A stretch of DNA of 64,000 nt from positions 1 to 64,000 of IMG/VR virus record IMGVR_UViG_3300045988_172839; one strand, given 5' to 3'. The DNA is from a virus. The stretch's first letter is position 1; each line of letters opens with the position of its first letter. The notes under the pieces are model-generated. The model ran no database searches. It had not been told where the DNA came from and saw nothing but the letters and a program-made list of their open reading frames with translations. The position numbers and the translations under genes are program-made. This document shows, piece after piece, positions 43,321 through 53,508 of this stretch.

Positions 43321-44725
43321 TTAATATCTTTTCAACTCCTTCCCTTACTTTTTCAAATTCTAAAATTTCCCACGTGTTATAAGCACTTAATAACTCTTCT
43401 GAAACTCCGTCACTTGGAGCCAGCAAGATATTTGAGGATACCGAAATCAGTGAGTTCCAACTCTTCTTATTCATCGCTACGCTTGGAACACCATCCGTAT
43501 TGTTAATGAATATAGGTAGTTCATAAGTGTTATTGGCTACTTTCAAGAACTCAACCATACGGTAAACATTGAAATAACCTCTATAGGTTTGATCCAAGGG
43601 AAGTCCTCTCAAGGTATCTTTCAAGACAGAAACCAATAATTCCTTAGAGTAGAATGGTAACTGCAACTTTTGAAAGATTTCAGTTTTTGAACCTTCTGCT
43701 ACATACTTGTAACTTGCTTTATTCAAAGGAAAGACTTTTAAAGCAAATACTTGGTTGTACAGTTGGCGAAACTCAGATACCGAAAGAACACCTTCTAGGT
43801 CTTTTTTCTCCAACAAACCAAGGCAGATTAAAGCACCTAATCGAACATCTGAGACTGAACCTAAAGTCATTATCTTATCTAAATGACGAACTAAGTCATA
43901 AGGTACAAACTCTTCTGTGCCTGGTTCTTTACCGACTAAAGCAGACTTCAAGGCACTAGAGACTTCATTGGGTTGCAAAGCAAATTTAGCTAAGAATGAG
44001 TTGTAAGAAATATAGTAAGACCCATTTATTTCAAAACTATCACTTGATTTTGTTCCTCTCAAGTAATTCAGTACAGAAGTTTCTACGAACGTACCAACAC
44101 CTTTGACCGACAAAGGTTGGATACCCATTGAGAAAAGTCTGCTACGCTCAGTAAATGTTAAATTTACCAAAGTATGTTGAGTTAAAAAGGCACAAACAGT
44201 AGCGTAAGTCACACTTGGTAAAATATACACCTTCTTCTTAGACTTAGCACCTACAATATTAGTTAATCGCAACTCTAAATACCGAACCAAAGAGTAAAGT
44301 TGACTTGGACTCAACTCTAACTTACTTGCAACTCTCTCAATAGAATAATCTAACTGACCTTGTAAGTCTTGAACAAACTGAAAGTATTCATCTGTTAAGC
44401 TATCTGACCAATAATAAGGAGTATTAGTAAACAAATCTCTCACAATCGAACTAGGTCCAGACTCTAAAAACTTATCAATAAATTCTTTTTTGTCATAAAC
44501 CTCTTTTAACTGCTCTACTACTTTCTCTAAAGTATAAACACACAAAGAAGGTGCTTGTGAGAACAACACCTTACTTAAACGAGGGTAGGTATCCTTAGAG
44601 ATAACCTCTAAACCACCTTTTACTTTTACTACTTCAAATTGAGCTTGGGAGCGAACGTAGTCCTCAGACACCCTAAAGAACTGCGCTAAGTCTCCGACAC
44701 TCACACAAATTTCAAATTTAGACAT
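43313..44725 (-). CDS. Hypothetical protein downstream of the helicase gene (possible loader/initiator by position only)
   Basis: The track extends to 44758. The ATG at 44725 (MSKFEICV...) is preceded by GGAG and overlaps the DnaB stop codon as ATGTCTAA. The N-terminus has an HTH-like stretch, VGDLAQFFRVSEDYVRSQ. Confidence 0.55.
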   Translation of the reverse strand: MSKFEICVSVGDLAQFFRVSEDYVRSQAQFEVVKVKGGLEVISKDTYPRLSKVLFSQAPSLCVYTLEKVVEQLKEVYDKKEFIDKFLESGPSSIVRDLFTNTPYYWSDSLTDEYFQFVQDLQGQLDYSIERVASKLELSPSQLYSLVRYLELRLTNIVGAKSKKKVYILPSVTYATVCAFLTQHTLVNLTFTERSRLFSMGIQPLSVKGVGTFVETSVLNYLRGTKSSDSFEINGSYYISYNSFLAKFALQPNEVSSALKSALVGKEPGTEEFVPYDLVRHLDKIMTLGSVSDVRLGALICLGLLEKKDLEGVLSVSEFRQLYNQVFALKVFPLNKASYKYVAEGSKTEIFQKLQLPFYSKELLVSVLKDTLRGLPLDQTYRGYFNVYRMVEFLKVANNTYELPIFINNTDGVPSVAMNKKSWNSLISVSSNILLAPSDGVSEELLSAYNTWEILEFEKVREGVEKILNG

Positions 44726-46310
44726 TGATATCTCCAACATCCAAGACGACAGCTTCACCGTTCCGCATTTCTATCACTTGGTCTTTCATTTCTATCACAT
44801 TATTCGCAACCTTATCCGTAAAGACCGAAAGCGGAGCCATCTCCCCTGCTAAACGTGAAGGAAGTAAGTACATTTTGGCTATGTTCTTTGCAGACATAGC
44901 GTCATTTGTATACAACATCAAGTTTAAGTCTGCTGATTTTGTTAATTCTTTCGAATCAGCCGTAACGTTTCGCAACTCACGGTGGATACCCTTACCTAAA
45001 TCTTGAATAACATCAGTAGCCAACTGTGAAGGCAACCAAACACAAATATCTAATAAACCTTTCAATGTCTCTAAACGTATAGACAACTTCTCTAACATAG
45101 TTTTCTTATCAGGGTACTGACTGCTATCCATCGCTTGTGCGTAGTCAATAACGACAAACTTACACTCTTTTTCCTCTGCTGCAACTCGAAGAACGGTTTC
45201 AACCGATTCCAACTCAAACGGATAATCTGGTAAATATATTTTACCATAATTTGGGTTACTTACCAAGTCCATGCGAGAAATTTTTTCTAACTCTGCAACC
45301 GAGCTATCTAAAGTACCACGCTGAATGTCGATACCGGCAATCTTTTCGTAGTTTTGACCTCTTTGTACATTGTAGTAATAATCAAAGTGAGTTGCACGCA
45401 ACTCAGCCATTACCTTGCCCGACCCTCCTTCTTTCCCCCAAAAGCAAATACCGAAACCATTTAGGAGAATTTCATGAGACAAGCGAACTGCAAATTTCGA
45501 TTTCATACCCTTCTCTGGGGCTGCAAAGACCGCAAAGGTGTTGGTATAAATCCCACCAATCGTAGCACTTAATGTCGGTAAATGCTGCAAATTAGACAAC
45601 AAAGTAGGCTTGTTAGACTCTTCTTCCTCAAAGTCAATATCTGAGGCACAAACGAGCTGATAAGAGTTTTCTTTACCTAATGAAGCCTTAATACTATTGA
45701 CTTTCTGTGAAAGGAAATCAAGCGCACCTTCGATACCGAAGAATGATTTACGTTGAGACCGAATTGGGTTCGTTAAGGCAATCGAGGCTTGTTGCAAAGA
45801 GTCATTAAAGGCTAATTTTGCATAGACCAACTTAAAGCGGGTTAAGGCATCTTCAAAGGTCGGCTCTTTCAAGAAAGATGGGCTACGGTATTTTTGGTAA
45901 ACCTCTACTACTGAAACCAACAAACCTTCAATCGCAGTTGAACCCTCACTTACATAAGACTCAAATTGAATACGGTCAGTGTCTTGTGCAATCTCAGAAG
46001 CGTTTGCTTGCAAGTAAACTTTCAAATAGTCTAAGTCAAGCAACAACCCTCTTTCCATCTGTACTTTCTTCAACATAGAGTAAAGCACATAGTTCTCATT
46101 GCGGAAATAATCATTTTGCAGACGACCCATCTGACCTCTTAGAGAGTCGAAGTCTCTAAGAAGATACCCCATCACTTGGTTTTCATAATACTCAAGTTGA
46201 ACCTCTGGGCTTTTATCTGAAATCTCAGAAGGTGTAATGTCTGACACATAGGCAGACTCCGTTCCTTCTGCTTCAGACATCAATTCCCAAAGCTCTTTAT
46301 CTTCAAACAC
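44718..46310 (-). CDS. dnaB: DnaB-family replicative helicase
   Basis: 530 aa. The Walker A-like motif is FAAPEKGMKSKFA and the Walker B-like motif is FVVIDYAQAM, as in DnaB (IDYLQLM). The N-terminal helical domain has DnaB-like length. Confidence 0.75.
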   Translation of the reverse strand: MFEDKELWELMSEAEGTESAYVSDITPSEISDKSPEVQLEYYENQVMGYLLRDFDSLRGQMGRLQNDYFRNENYVLYSMLKKVQMERGLLLDLDYLKVYLQANASEIAQDTDRIQFESYVSEGSTAIEGLLVSVVEVYQKYRSPSFLKEPTFEDALTRFKLVYAKLAFNDSLQQASIALTNPIRSQRKSFFGIEGALDFLSQKVNSIKASLGKENSYQLVCASDIDFEEEESNKPTLLSNLQHLPTLSATIGGIYTNTFAVFAAPEKGMKSKFAVRLSHEILLNGFGICFWGKEGGSGKVMAELRATHFDYYYNVQRGQNYEKIAGIDIQRGTLDSSVAELEKISRMDLVSNPNYGKIYLPDYPFELESVETVLRVAAEEKECKFVVIDYAQAMDSSQYPDKKTMLEKLSIRLETLKGLLDICVWLPSQLATDVIQDLGKGIHRELRNVTADSKELTKSADLNLMLYTNDAMSAKNIAKMYLLPSRLAGEMAPLSVFTDKVANNVIEMKDQVIEMRNGEAVVLDVGDINV

Positions 46311-46363
46311 TAAAAGCTAGTCTCCTCTCTAATTTGTTTCCATTTACAGTTTAAATCAATAGT

Positions 46364-47194
46364 TTAGAACCACCCACCACGCTCAAGCGCATCAAATTTC
46401 TCTTGCGTTGTCATGTTGGAGACATCTTTTGGAGGTCTTGGTACACGAGGTTGCAAAGGCGGTCTTTGAGTTTGGGATACTCTTGGTTGAGTTGGTTGTT
46501 GTGATTTTGAAACCGTGCGACTAGGTTGAACTTGAGTTTGATTAGGCGCTTGTTTCTTTTCCAAAGGTTGACCAAATCTGTCAAGACCCATTTCCAAAAG
46601 TTCTGCTTCTGTGAAAGGCTCCCCTGTCAAATAGTTGTAAGCTGGGTTATTAGACTCGTACATAGGTTGCTGAAATCTTCTTTCTGTTTGTTGTTGATAA
46701 TGAGGTTCTTGTGGGTAATAAGGTTGTTGTGGTTGATAGTAATTTGGTTGAGTCAAAGAACTACGACCTAAACCATAATCAGTTATAGCGTCTTGCAAAA
46801 TACGTTGAAAATTCTCGGTATCCTTACCCCAAAAGTCAGTGAGGTAAATATTATCGTCAAATCCCATAACAGAAATAACCACCGAACCAAAGAAGATACC
46901 CCTGCCTCTTTGCACACTTGCAATCTGAGGTAAGTTCACAGTTAGTTGATATTTGTTCAAAATCAACCCTTTATCCAAAATATGCAAACGCAAATTGGTC
47001 ACACAAACCAAAACTCGTGCTTGACCGCTTTTACAAGCAGTTATATAGCGAAGTTCTTCATCTGCTCTCAAAGTTTTTGCTAATTCTTTTAGCTCAAAAC
47101 CCGTACCAATAAAGGGAGTTTTGACTAACATATTCATAACCTTATTGTGTTCCAAAAAGGGAAGTATCTTCTCTGTATAGTAAGGATGTACCAT
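46364..47194 (-). CDS. Bacterial PH-domain-like protein with Q/P-rich C-terminal region
   Basis: 276 aa. ...DEELRYITACKSGQARVLVCVTNLRLHILDKG...GIFFGSVVISV... resembles bPH/YokE-like domains. The tail is rich in QQP and PQ. Confidence 0.4.
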   Translation of the reverse strand: MVHPYYTEKILPFLEHNKVMNMLVKTPFIGTGFELKELAKTLRADEELRYITACKSGQARVLVCVTNLRLHILDKGLILNKYQLTVNLPQIASVQRGRGIFFGSVVISVMGFDDNIYLTDFWGKDTENFQRILQDAITDYGLGRSSLTQPNYYQPQQPYYPQEPHYQQQTERRFQQPMYESNNPAYNYLTGEPFTEAELLEMGLDRFGQPLEKKQAPNQTQVQPSRTVSKSQQPTQPRVSQTQRPPLQPRVPRPPKDVSNMTTQEKFDALERGGWF

Positions 47195-47229
47195 ATTTCA
47201 ACCCACCTTAGCAACCTATAATCTATTTG

Positions 47230-47496
47230 TTATTTTTCATCAAGTTTAGAGTTGACATCTTTAATCGAGAAAATCTCAGAACGCTTGAAGGATACCCTAT
47301 TACGACCTACACTAACTAACGCTTCATCTGGTGCGCCAATTAGAAATCTACGAATGTCAGAGCTATTTGAGGTTTTCGATAAGCAACACCAACGACCTTT
47401 ATAGTCTTCCCCGACTTCCCCAATCGTAATTTGGTCTCCTGCGTGTAAGTCAACTCTCTGACCATTAGCCAATACTAATTCTACTACTGAAACCAT
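47230..47496 (-). CDS. Hypothetical protein
   Basis: 88-aa ORF. Confidence 0.45.
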   Translation of the reverse strand: MVSVVELVLANGQRVDLHAGDQITIGEVGEDYKGRWCCLSKTSNSSDIRRFLIGAPDEALVSVGRNRVSFKRSEIFSIKDVNSKLDEK

Positions 47497-47507
47497 TTTA
47501 TTTTACC

Positions 47508-48401
47508 TTATTTTCGTCCAAAAAGCTTTTTCAAACCTGAGAAGAAACGTTTAACAAAGTTCTGTTTTTTCTCTTCCTTCAATAGAGTTAAGGCAGTTTG
47601 AGCTTCTTCTAATTCTACTTTAAGATTGTCTTGTTCTTGACTCAACTGAAGAATTTGAGCTTGTTTAGAACGTACCTCGTCACGAACTTCTTCAATTTTC
47701 TCTGCATGCTCTCTTTCTAAAGTGTTAATATATTCAGAAGTAGCTTTCTTTTCATCTTCCATATTAGATTTTTCAGACTCCCACTGAATCTTATCCAAAG
47801 CAAACTCTTTTTCTTTTTGCTCAAAAGTTTGGATACGCTCCTCTGCTTGTTTCAGAGAATCTTCAACTCTTTTATATTCAGTTTTAAGATTTTCTAACTC
47901 TTTTTCCAAATCGTTTGATAGAACAATCTCTCCTGCGTTGTGAAATCGAACAGACGAATCGTCTGACACCTCTGCTTTCTCTTCAACATCTTGAACTGGT
48001 TGAGAGTTTTTTGTTACCTTACGAGGTTGAGTTTCATAAATAATCAACTCTCCACCTAGGTTTGCAAATTGAGGTTTTGGACGACCACCTTTAGGAACCT
48101 CACGATTTACTGCAGATTCAGACAGTTGAATTACTTCAATCGGAGAAATACCTGGAACTTCAAATTCTACATCTTTACGCAAATCATATTCTTTTCGAAT
48201 ACTTTCAACAGTTTCAGCAGAGTATGCCATCATAAAGATAGAAACTTTAAACAACTGAGCAAAGTCTGTACTAGATAAGCTCCAACGAGCACCGGAATTA
48301 CTTACACGAATTGACCCAGTGTTAGGATTAGCTTTAGTTGTAGAAATTCGTACATAAGGTGCATATTTGTTAACTACTTCACTTGTAAGTGTAATTTTCA
48401 T
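47508..48401 (-). CDS. Hypothetical coiled-coil protein
   Basis: 297 aa. The C-terminal half is rich in heptad-like E/K/L sequence. Promoter 48436-48464 and RBS AGGAG lie upstream. Confidence 0.55.
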   Translation of the reverse strand: MKITLTSEVVNKYAPYVRISTTKANPNTGSIRVSNSGARWSLSSTDFAQLFKVSIFMMAYSAETVESIRKEYDLRKDVEFEVPGISPIEVIQLSESAVNREVPKGGRPKPQFANLGGELIIYETQPRKVTKNSQPVQDVEEKAEVSDDSSVRFHNAGEIVLSNDLEKELENLKTEYKRVEDSLKQAEERIQTFEQKEKEFALDKIQWESEKSNMEDEKKATSEYINTLEREHAEKIEEVRDEVRSKQAQILQLSQEQDNLKVELEEAQTALTLLKEEKKQNFVKRFFSGLKKLFGRK

Positions 48402-48435
48402 TTTCTTCTAACTCCTAAAAATCAATATTTTCTTT

Positions 48436-48464
48436 ATTATATCACAAAAAGAACTATAAATCAA
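48436..48464 (-). promoter_or_regulatory. Sigma-A-like promoter
   Basis: The minus strand reads TTGATT, a 17-nt spacer, then TGaTATAAT. Confidence 0.6.
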
Positions 48465-48511
48465 TAAAAATAAGCAAGGAAATTGAAATTTTCAAAAACC
48501 TCACTTAGAGT

Positions 48512-49396
48512 TTATATGTTATATAAGTCTGCTTCTGCAGAACTTAAAGTTGCTGCAGGTCTTTTCGACTGCGTACTTTTAGCTTTTCCTCTTGCTTTTT
48601 GAGGTACTACATCTTCTAACTCAACTTCAGACATATTCAAGCCTAGCACCTTATTTGAATTGCGAATTACTCGATTTGTTCTAGCGACTCGCTCTTCCTC
48701 GTTGCTATTTTGACGAGGGATACCGATATACAGATATTGACGTGGGGAATAACTATCCTCAGAACCTAGTCGTTGTAAGACATTGTTAATCTGAGAACCG
48801 TCCGTTAAAATAACATACGTGGACTTCCCTTCAAAGGCACGTTGTCTTACAAAATCCTCTACCAAATAACCGTCCTCTCTCATAGACGGACTATAAGCAA
48901 CGACTACGACTTCGCTCAACATAAGATTTTCGTAGTCTTCACGTTTTTGTTTGATACCCTGCAGTCGAAACGGTGTAATAAAAGGGTGAACACTCAGCCC
49001 AGCTTTATAAGCAGAACCCAATAGCCAAAAAGCTAACATTTCAATATCTGCTCGTACTCCTAGATAAAAGAGTACAGAAGTCTTCGGTTTCTTCCCTACT
49101 GACAAAGAACCAACTAAAGCACCAATAGAGTCTTCAATAGAATTGAATTGCTCTGTATCTAAACTCTCAGCAGTTAAACCCCCCAATACTTGTCGCAAGT
49201 CTACGAACAAGCGAGAGAATACCCTACGAAGACCTAACTTCTCAGATAAACCTTGAGTTGTGCCTTCTTGGGATTGTACACCTTCTACTACCTGTTTTGT
49301 TCTTAGTTCCTCACACAAAGGACAAGGAACTAATTTATTTACCGCAATGTCAAAAACTAAACCGTCTGAACACTCGGTGGATTTACATAGTTTCAT
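48512..49396 (-). CDS. Hypothetical protein with N-terminal Cys4 zinc-ribbon-like motif
   Basis: 294 aa. The motif is CKSTEC...x16...CPLC. Confidence 0.5.
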   Translation of the reverse strand: MKLCKSTECSDGLVFDIAVNKLVPCPLCEELRTKQVVEGVQSQEGTTQGLSEKLGLRRVFSRLFVDLRQVLGGLTAESLDTEQFNSIEDSIGALVGSLSVGKKPKTSVLFYLGVRADIEMLAFWLLGSAYKAGLSVHPFITPFRLQGIKQKREDYENLMLSEVVVVAYSPSMREDGYLVEDFVRQRAFEGKSTYVILTDGSQINNVLQRLGSEDSYSPRQYLYIGIPRQNSNEEERVARTNRVIRNSNKVLGLNMSEVELEDVVPQKARGKAKSTQSKRPAATLSSAEADLYNI

Positions 49397-49412
49397 TTCA
49401 TAAAATCTCCAT

Positions 49413-49820
49413 TTAATTATAGTCTTTTAGAACCGAAAATAATACGTCAAATACATGGTGTAAGTCGGTGTCCTCAGTTATGATTGTGGTTATTTTAAGC
49501 CAACCATTACGGAACGAAAACTCTAAGTCCACATCTTTGAATACTTCTGAGTCTTCTGAGCAAAAGACACTACCGTGGTAAAGATAGAGTGGAAATTCAA
49601 TACGGAAGTAAGCATAATCTCGAACCGTTTGAAAGTCCGCTACAAAAAGGCTTGCATCTTCTCTATCAAAATAGAAATACCAGTTGAGCTTACTGACCTC
49701 CCATTCGTAATCAAACTCACTAGACTGGAAATTGAAACCTTGAGAGCTATGGTCTTTACTTGTATAATCTGTTACCAACTTTTCTAAGTCGGATAAAATC
49801 AGTGGTGTTTTTATTATCAT
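49413..49820 (-). CDS. Hypothetical protein
   Basis: 135-aa ORF. Confidence 0.5.
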   Translation of the reverse strand: MIIKTPLILSDLEKLVTDYTSKDHSSQGFNFQSSEFDYEWEVSKLNWYFYFDREDASLFVADFQTVRDYAYFRIEFPLYLYHGSVFCSEDSEVFKDVDLEFSFRNGWLKITTIITEDTDLHHVFDVLFSVLKDYN

Positions 49821-49837
49821 CTAAATCAGCTTTCTCC

Positions 49838-50668
49838 TTACTTCTTAACTTTATCCAAAGGATATTTGTGAAATCCTTGCTCATCAAGATACCCTTGCCA
49901 CAGCTCTTGACCGTTTTCATCTAGTTTCAACAAGTTAATGCGAGAGAACTCGGAACCTGAGTTAGAACCACCGTCAATAAAGTATCGAGTAATTAAAGGA
50001 GTTTCATCTAACTCTAAACTATCTTTCAAAATTTGACAAGGATTAATTAGATGTTCATACCCCTCCATTGTGCAAGTGGGGGTGTGCCCTGAAATAATTG
50101 TTTTTCCTTTGAAGTCTGAGTGCAAGTCCACATCGGTTAAATGGTTCAAAGAGTCAATATAAAACTCGCGAGTCCAAACCATTCCCTCCGTATCTTGCTT
50201 ATCTAAAGGTAAGTCTAACTCAAACCCTGCGTGGACTAGAATATTCTTACCATCTTCTAAGTAATAAGGGAGAGAGCGCAACCAAACCAGTTCATCATAC
50301 AAGTGAAAGAACAACTGCTCTCTTAAATCGCTCTCGGAAGCGTAGGGGATACCCAAATTAGCGAGTGTTTCTTCTCGACCGTTCATGTGCCACCAATTTG
50401 TAGCAAATGGACGAAAAGCACTATCTAACAGAAAAACATCATGGTTTCCTACAATCGCTTTTGCCTTCCCACTCTCGCACAAACCCTTCACAAAATGAAG
50501 AGTATCTAAAGTAGCATTTGGTTTCAGGTCGAAACCGTCAATATAGTCACCACCAAAGCGAATTTCACAATTCTCATCTGTGAACTCGGGTAAAGTTTCT
50601 AACTGTTTTAGAACTTCGTAATTTGCATGAATGTCTGATAAATACAAGTAAGACTTCAACTTACACAA
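49838..50668 (-). CDS. Calcineurin-like metallophosphoesterase (PrpE/ApaH-like)
   Basis: 276 aa. Contains LSDIHAN, GGDYIDG, GNHD, VHAGF and GHTP in canonical order. Confidence 0.8.
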   Translation of the reverse strand: MCKLKSYLYLSDIHANYEVLKQLETLPEFTDENCEIRFGGDYIDGFDLKPNATLDTLHFVKGLCESGKAKAIVGNHDVFLLDSAFRPFATNWWHMNGREETLANLGIPYASESDLREQLFFHLYDELVWLRSLPYYLEDGKNILVHAGFELDLPLDKQDTEGMVWTREFYIDSLNHLTDVDLHSDFKGKTIISGHTPTCTMEGYEHLINPCQILKDSLELDETPLITRYFIDGGSNSGSEFSRINLLKLDENGQELWQGYLDEQGFHKYPLDKVKK

Positions 50669-50699
50669 TCTCCTTATTTACTTCTTCTTTTCCTTAGGT

Positions 50700-50909
50700 T
50701 TACTCAAAGAAAACAACTAAACTAGAATCATCAATCAATAAACCATAAGGTGCGTGAGTTTTATCTTCAACTTCACTACCTATCATGTATAAGTTTGAGA
50801 ATTTATTTGATAGAATATCTTCTTTGAACTGTTTCATATCGTAAAACTCAACTGTAGAGGAACTATCCAAACCTAATTTAGCTAATTCTTCAAAATCTTT
50901 TAACTTCAT
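50700..50909 (-). CDS. Hypothetical small protein
   Basis: 69-aa ORF with a 4-nt overlap with the upstream gene. Confidence 0.45.
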   Translation of the reverse strand: MKLKDFEELAKLGLDSSSTVEFYDMKQFKEDILSNKFSNLYMIGSEVEDKTHAPYGLLIDDSSLVVFFE

Positions 50910-51220
50910 CTTGTGTAGCCCAACTCATCTAAAATTTCATCTACTTCTGCTACTGCTGAACGAATGTTTTTAGTGCTTTCGACTGATTGCAATTCTGGTT
51001 TAACATAGAAAGCAAACCGTTTGGCGCTTTTGCGCAAAAGTGGATACCTATGTACTTTGCGCCAGTTATTTGACCAAAAACAAGCGTACTTGTAATCTGT
51101 GTTCACAGAAGTGTACAGAACAATTTGGTCTTCTGTTTCTTGTGGCTTTGGGGCTACATAAACAAAGAGGGAGTTTTTATCCTCATTGTAGTTTGTGGGT
51201 TTAAATAACTTCATAAACAA
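50906..51220 (-). CDS. Hypothetical protein
   Basis: 104-aa ORF. Confidence 0.45.
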   Translation of the reverse strand: MFMKLFKPTNYNEDKNSLFVYVAPKPQETEDQIVLYTSVNTDYKYACFWSNNWRKVHRYPLLRKSAKRFAFYVKPELQSVESTKNIRSAVAEVDEILDELGYTR

Positions 51221-51226
51221 ATTCCT

Positions 51227-51412
51227 TTAATAGTCACGTTTAGGTTGCTCAGTATTGAAAATAACTGCTGCATAAATCCAAGTTTCATCGTGAGAAATTG
51301 AAACGCTTTGAATGTAAAAATCTTCGTTCTTGTTCAAAACACGCTCAATTTGTTGTTCTAAATCCACAGTAGTTTGACCACTAAAAATGCGTACTGTGCT
51401 CTTCTTAACCAT
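51227..51412 (-). CDS. Hypothetical small protein
   Basis: 61-aa ORF that overlaps the SNF2 gene end by 8 nt. Confidence 0.45.
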   Translation of the reverse strand: MVKKSTVRIFSGQTTVDLEQQIERVLNKNEDFYIQSVSISHDETWIYAAVIFNTEQPKRDY

Positions 51413-53132
51413 GTAAAGTTAAACCTTCTTTCGTTTCTTCTAAATCATCCGACCATTTAGGGTGAGAAACAACTCCGTTCATATCTTGGTTCGAGTAGGA
51501 TACTGCTATAATAGATGAATTTGCTCCCTCTGAAATCTCTTGCTTAGTAACTTCCACCACAGTATTTACTAGGTCTGGGTCTAAAAAGAAATTGTTCAAT
51601 AAGCTAACTTCATGTTTGGTATGAGCTAATCTATCTTTCGTACTCACACAAGCTTCTTCTAAAACTTTATACTCTTCTCTTCTAGCTAAAACTAAGTAAA
51701 TATGCTTATCATGAATATCTTGACTACGAACAATACGACCTTCAATCTGATTCGTAATCCCTGAATTTCCAGTGAAAGAATAAAATACCAAATGATTCAT
51801 AAAACCAAGGTTCAAACCTTTCTTCAAGTTAGTTACAATCACTCTGTAACCACCATCATGAAACTCTTTTAATTTCGCCTCTTTCTTCTTAGGAGTATTA
51901 TCCTCACCGTTTATAGTGAGAGCTTTTATTCCCAACCCCCCCAAAAAGCGAACTAAGATATTCTGAGCTTCAACAGAATGTACATAAATCAAGGCTTTGT
52001 CTTGACCTATACGGTATTTAAACAAATCTTCAATCACTTGCAACTTAGGTAAAACCTCTGGTGTAATTTCTAAATCGGGATCAAACCAAGAAGGTTCGTC
52101 CCAAACATAACGCTTATGTCTAGTTTTACTGAATAACTTGTTTTGGTACTGGGATGGTTTATACAAGACCAACTCACAAGTCGAGTTTTTAACGGATACC
52201 CCTAGCTCTTGACGAGCCGTTCCAAAAGCCATAAATCGAGTACAAACTTTAAACAACTCTGGGTCTTTGTAACCTAAAATTTGGTGTGTTTGGAAGGATT
52301 TCTTCACAAACAACTCTTCGAACTTGGTTTTTAAAGGCATAGATTCTGGGAAAAGGAAATTAAGCTGATTGTACATTCCCTCAATCGACTTCTCAAAAGG
52401 AGTGGCGTTCATTACAACTACATGGTTTGCAAACTTAGTTCGTACAGTTTTACAAGCCTTATAAATATCAGACTTCGTAGAACCCAACACCGAACCTTCA
52501 TCAATAAAGAAATAATCAAATTTACCATGTAACTTCGTAGTGTGTGCAAGCCACAACATGAAATCGTGACTTGAAGAGACTGCTGAATAAGAAGCAACTA
52601 CACCACTAAGATACCCTAACTCTTTTTGCTCTTTGATAAAAGCACTTACTTGGTTGGAGTCTCCTGTGGTTGTTGCTACATAGTCTCCTGTAAAGCGAAT
52701 TAACTCTTTTCGAGCTTGTGCAACCAAACCAACCTCAGTCAAAAACAAATAACGCAAAGGTTTACCTTTGGTACGTTGCTTCAAGGCTCCTACATGGTTA
52801 ATAACCGAAGCAACTGTAGCCGTTTTCCCCAACCCTACACTATCCATAATGAGAGCAGAACGAGCAGCTAAAATAAAGTGGACTCCGTAGGTTTGATACC
52901 ACCGTAGAGAACCTTTTGCTACACCTTCTTTTAAAGACGACTTTGTAGCAATGACTTGCTCTACTTGCTCAGGTGTTAAATCTAATAAACTATCTGCTAA
53001 CTCCGGAAAACCTACTTGGTCTTTATCCTCATTGGCTTTTTGAATAATGCTATCTAACAACTGGTAACGTTGTATAGGAGCTGATTTATCTATAAATCCA
53101 CCCTTGTAAAGTGAGACCTCTGTTACTGCCAC
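51405..53132 (-). CDS. SNF2/DEAD-like superfamily-2 helicase
   Basis: 575 aa. Motif I is MDSVGLGKT, motif II is FFIDEGS, motif III is VVMNATPFEKS and motif VI is QIEGRIVRSQD. GTG start. Confidence 0.85.
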   Translation of the reverse strand: MAVTEVSLYKGGFIDKSAPIQRYQLLDSIIQKANEDKDQVGFPELADSLLDLTPEQVEQVIATKSSLKEGVAKGSLRWYQTYGVHFILAARSALIMDSVGLGKTATVASVINHVGALKQRTKGKPLRYLFLTEVGLVAQARKELIRFTGDYVATTTGDSNQVSAFIKEQKELGYLSGVVASYSAVSSSHDFMLWLAHTTKLHGKFDYFFIDEGSVLGSTKSDIYKACKTVRTKFANHVVVMNATPFEKSIEGMYNQLNFLFPESMPLKTKFEELFVKKSFQTHQILGYKDPELFKVCTRFMAFGTARQELGVSVKNSTCELVLYKPSQYQNKLFSKTRHKRYVWDEPSWFDPDLEITPEVLPKLQVIEDLFKYRIGQDKALIYVHSVEAQNILVRFLGGLGIKALTINGEDNTPKKKEAKLKEFHDGGYRVIVTNLKKGLNLGFMNHLVFYSFTGNSGITNQIEGRIVRSQDIHDKHIYLVLARREEYKVLEEACVSTKDRLAHTKHEVSLLNNFFLDPDLVNTVVEVTKQEISEGANSSIIAVSYSNQDMNGVVSHPKWSDDLEETKEGLTLHG

Positions 53133-53165
53133 AAATTTTCGCCTTTCTTACTGTTTTTATATCTA

Positions 53166-53194
53166 ATTTTAGCAAACTCAAAGAAAAAAGTCAA
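53166..53194 (-). promoter_or_regulatory. Sigma-A-like promoter upstream of the SNF2 gene
   Basis: The minus strand reads TTGACT, a 17-nt spacer, then TAAAAT. It overlaps a short hairpin AAGGG-taat-CCCTT that is followed by a T-run. Confidence 0.45.
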
Positions 53195-53211
53195 GGGATT
53201 ACCCTTAACTT

Positions 53212-53487
53212 TTACTTGTTTTCTAATGCTTTGTAAAACTCACTTAAAATAAGCGCGTCTACTTCTTTTTTAAACTCTGGGTTTAAAGCAGTTACAACTG
53301 GCTTATAAACCTCTGCGTACAATTTACGCTCTGGGAACAAAACCTTATATTGTGAACCTTGTCGTTTCACTTTAATTCCGTGAACCACAAGCCAACCACC
53401 TACCAAAGCAGAACAAATTCCGCAAATTCCGTTTGGAATACCTTCTGCATTGACTTTCACAAAGCGAATGTTTTCTACTAATTTCAC
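53212..53487 (-). CDS. SpoVG-like nucleic-acid-binding protein
   Basis: 91 aa. IRFVKVNAEG...ICGICSALVGGWLVVHGIKVKRQGSQYKVLFPERK aligns by eye with B. subtilis SpoVG [46 protein letters not shown]. Confidence 0.5.
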   Translation of the reverse strand: MKLVENIRFVKVNAEGIPNGICGICSALVGGWLVVHGIKVKRQGSQYKVLFPERKLYAEVYKPVVTALNPEFKKEVDALILSEFYKALENK

Positions 53488-53508
53488 AACTCTTGAAAAC
53501 CTTTCTAA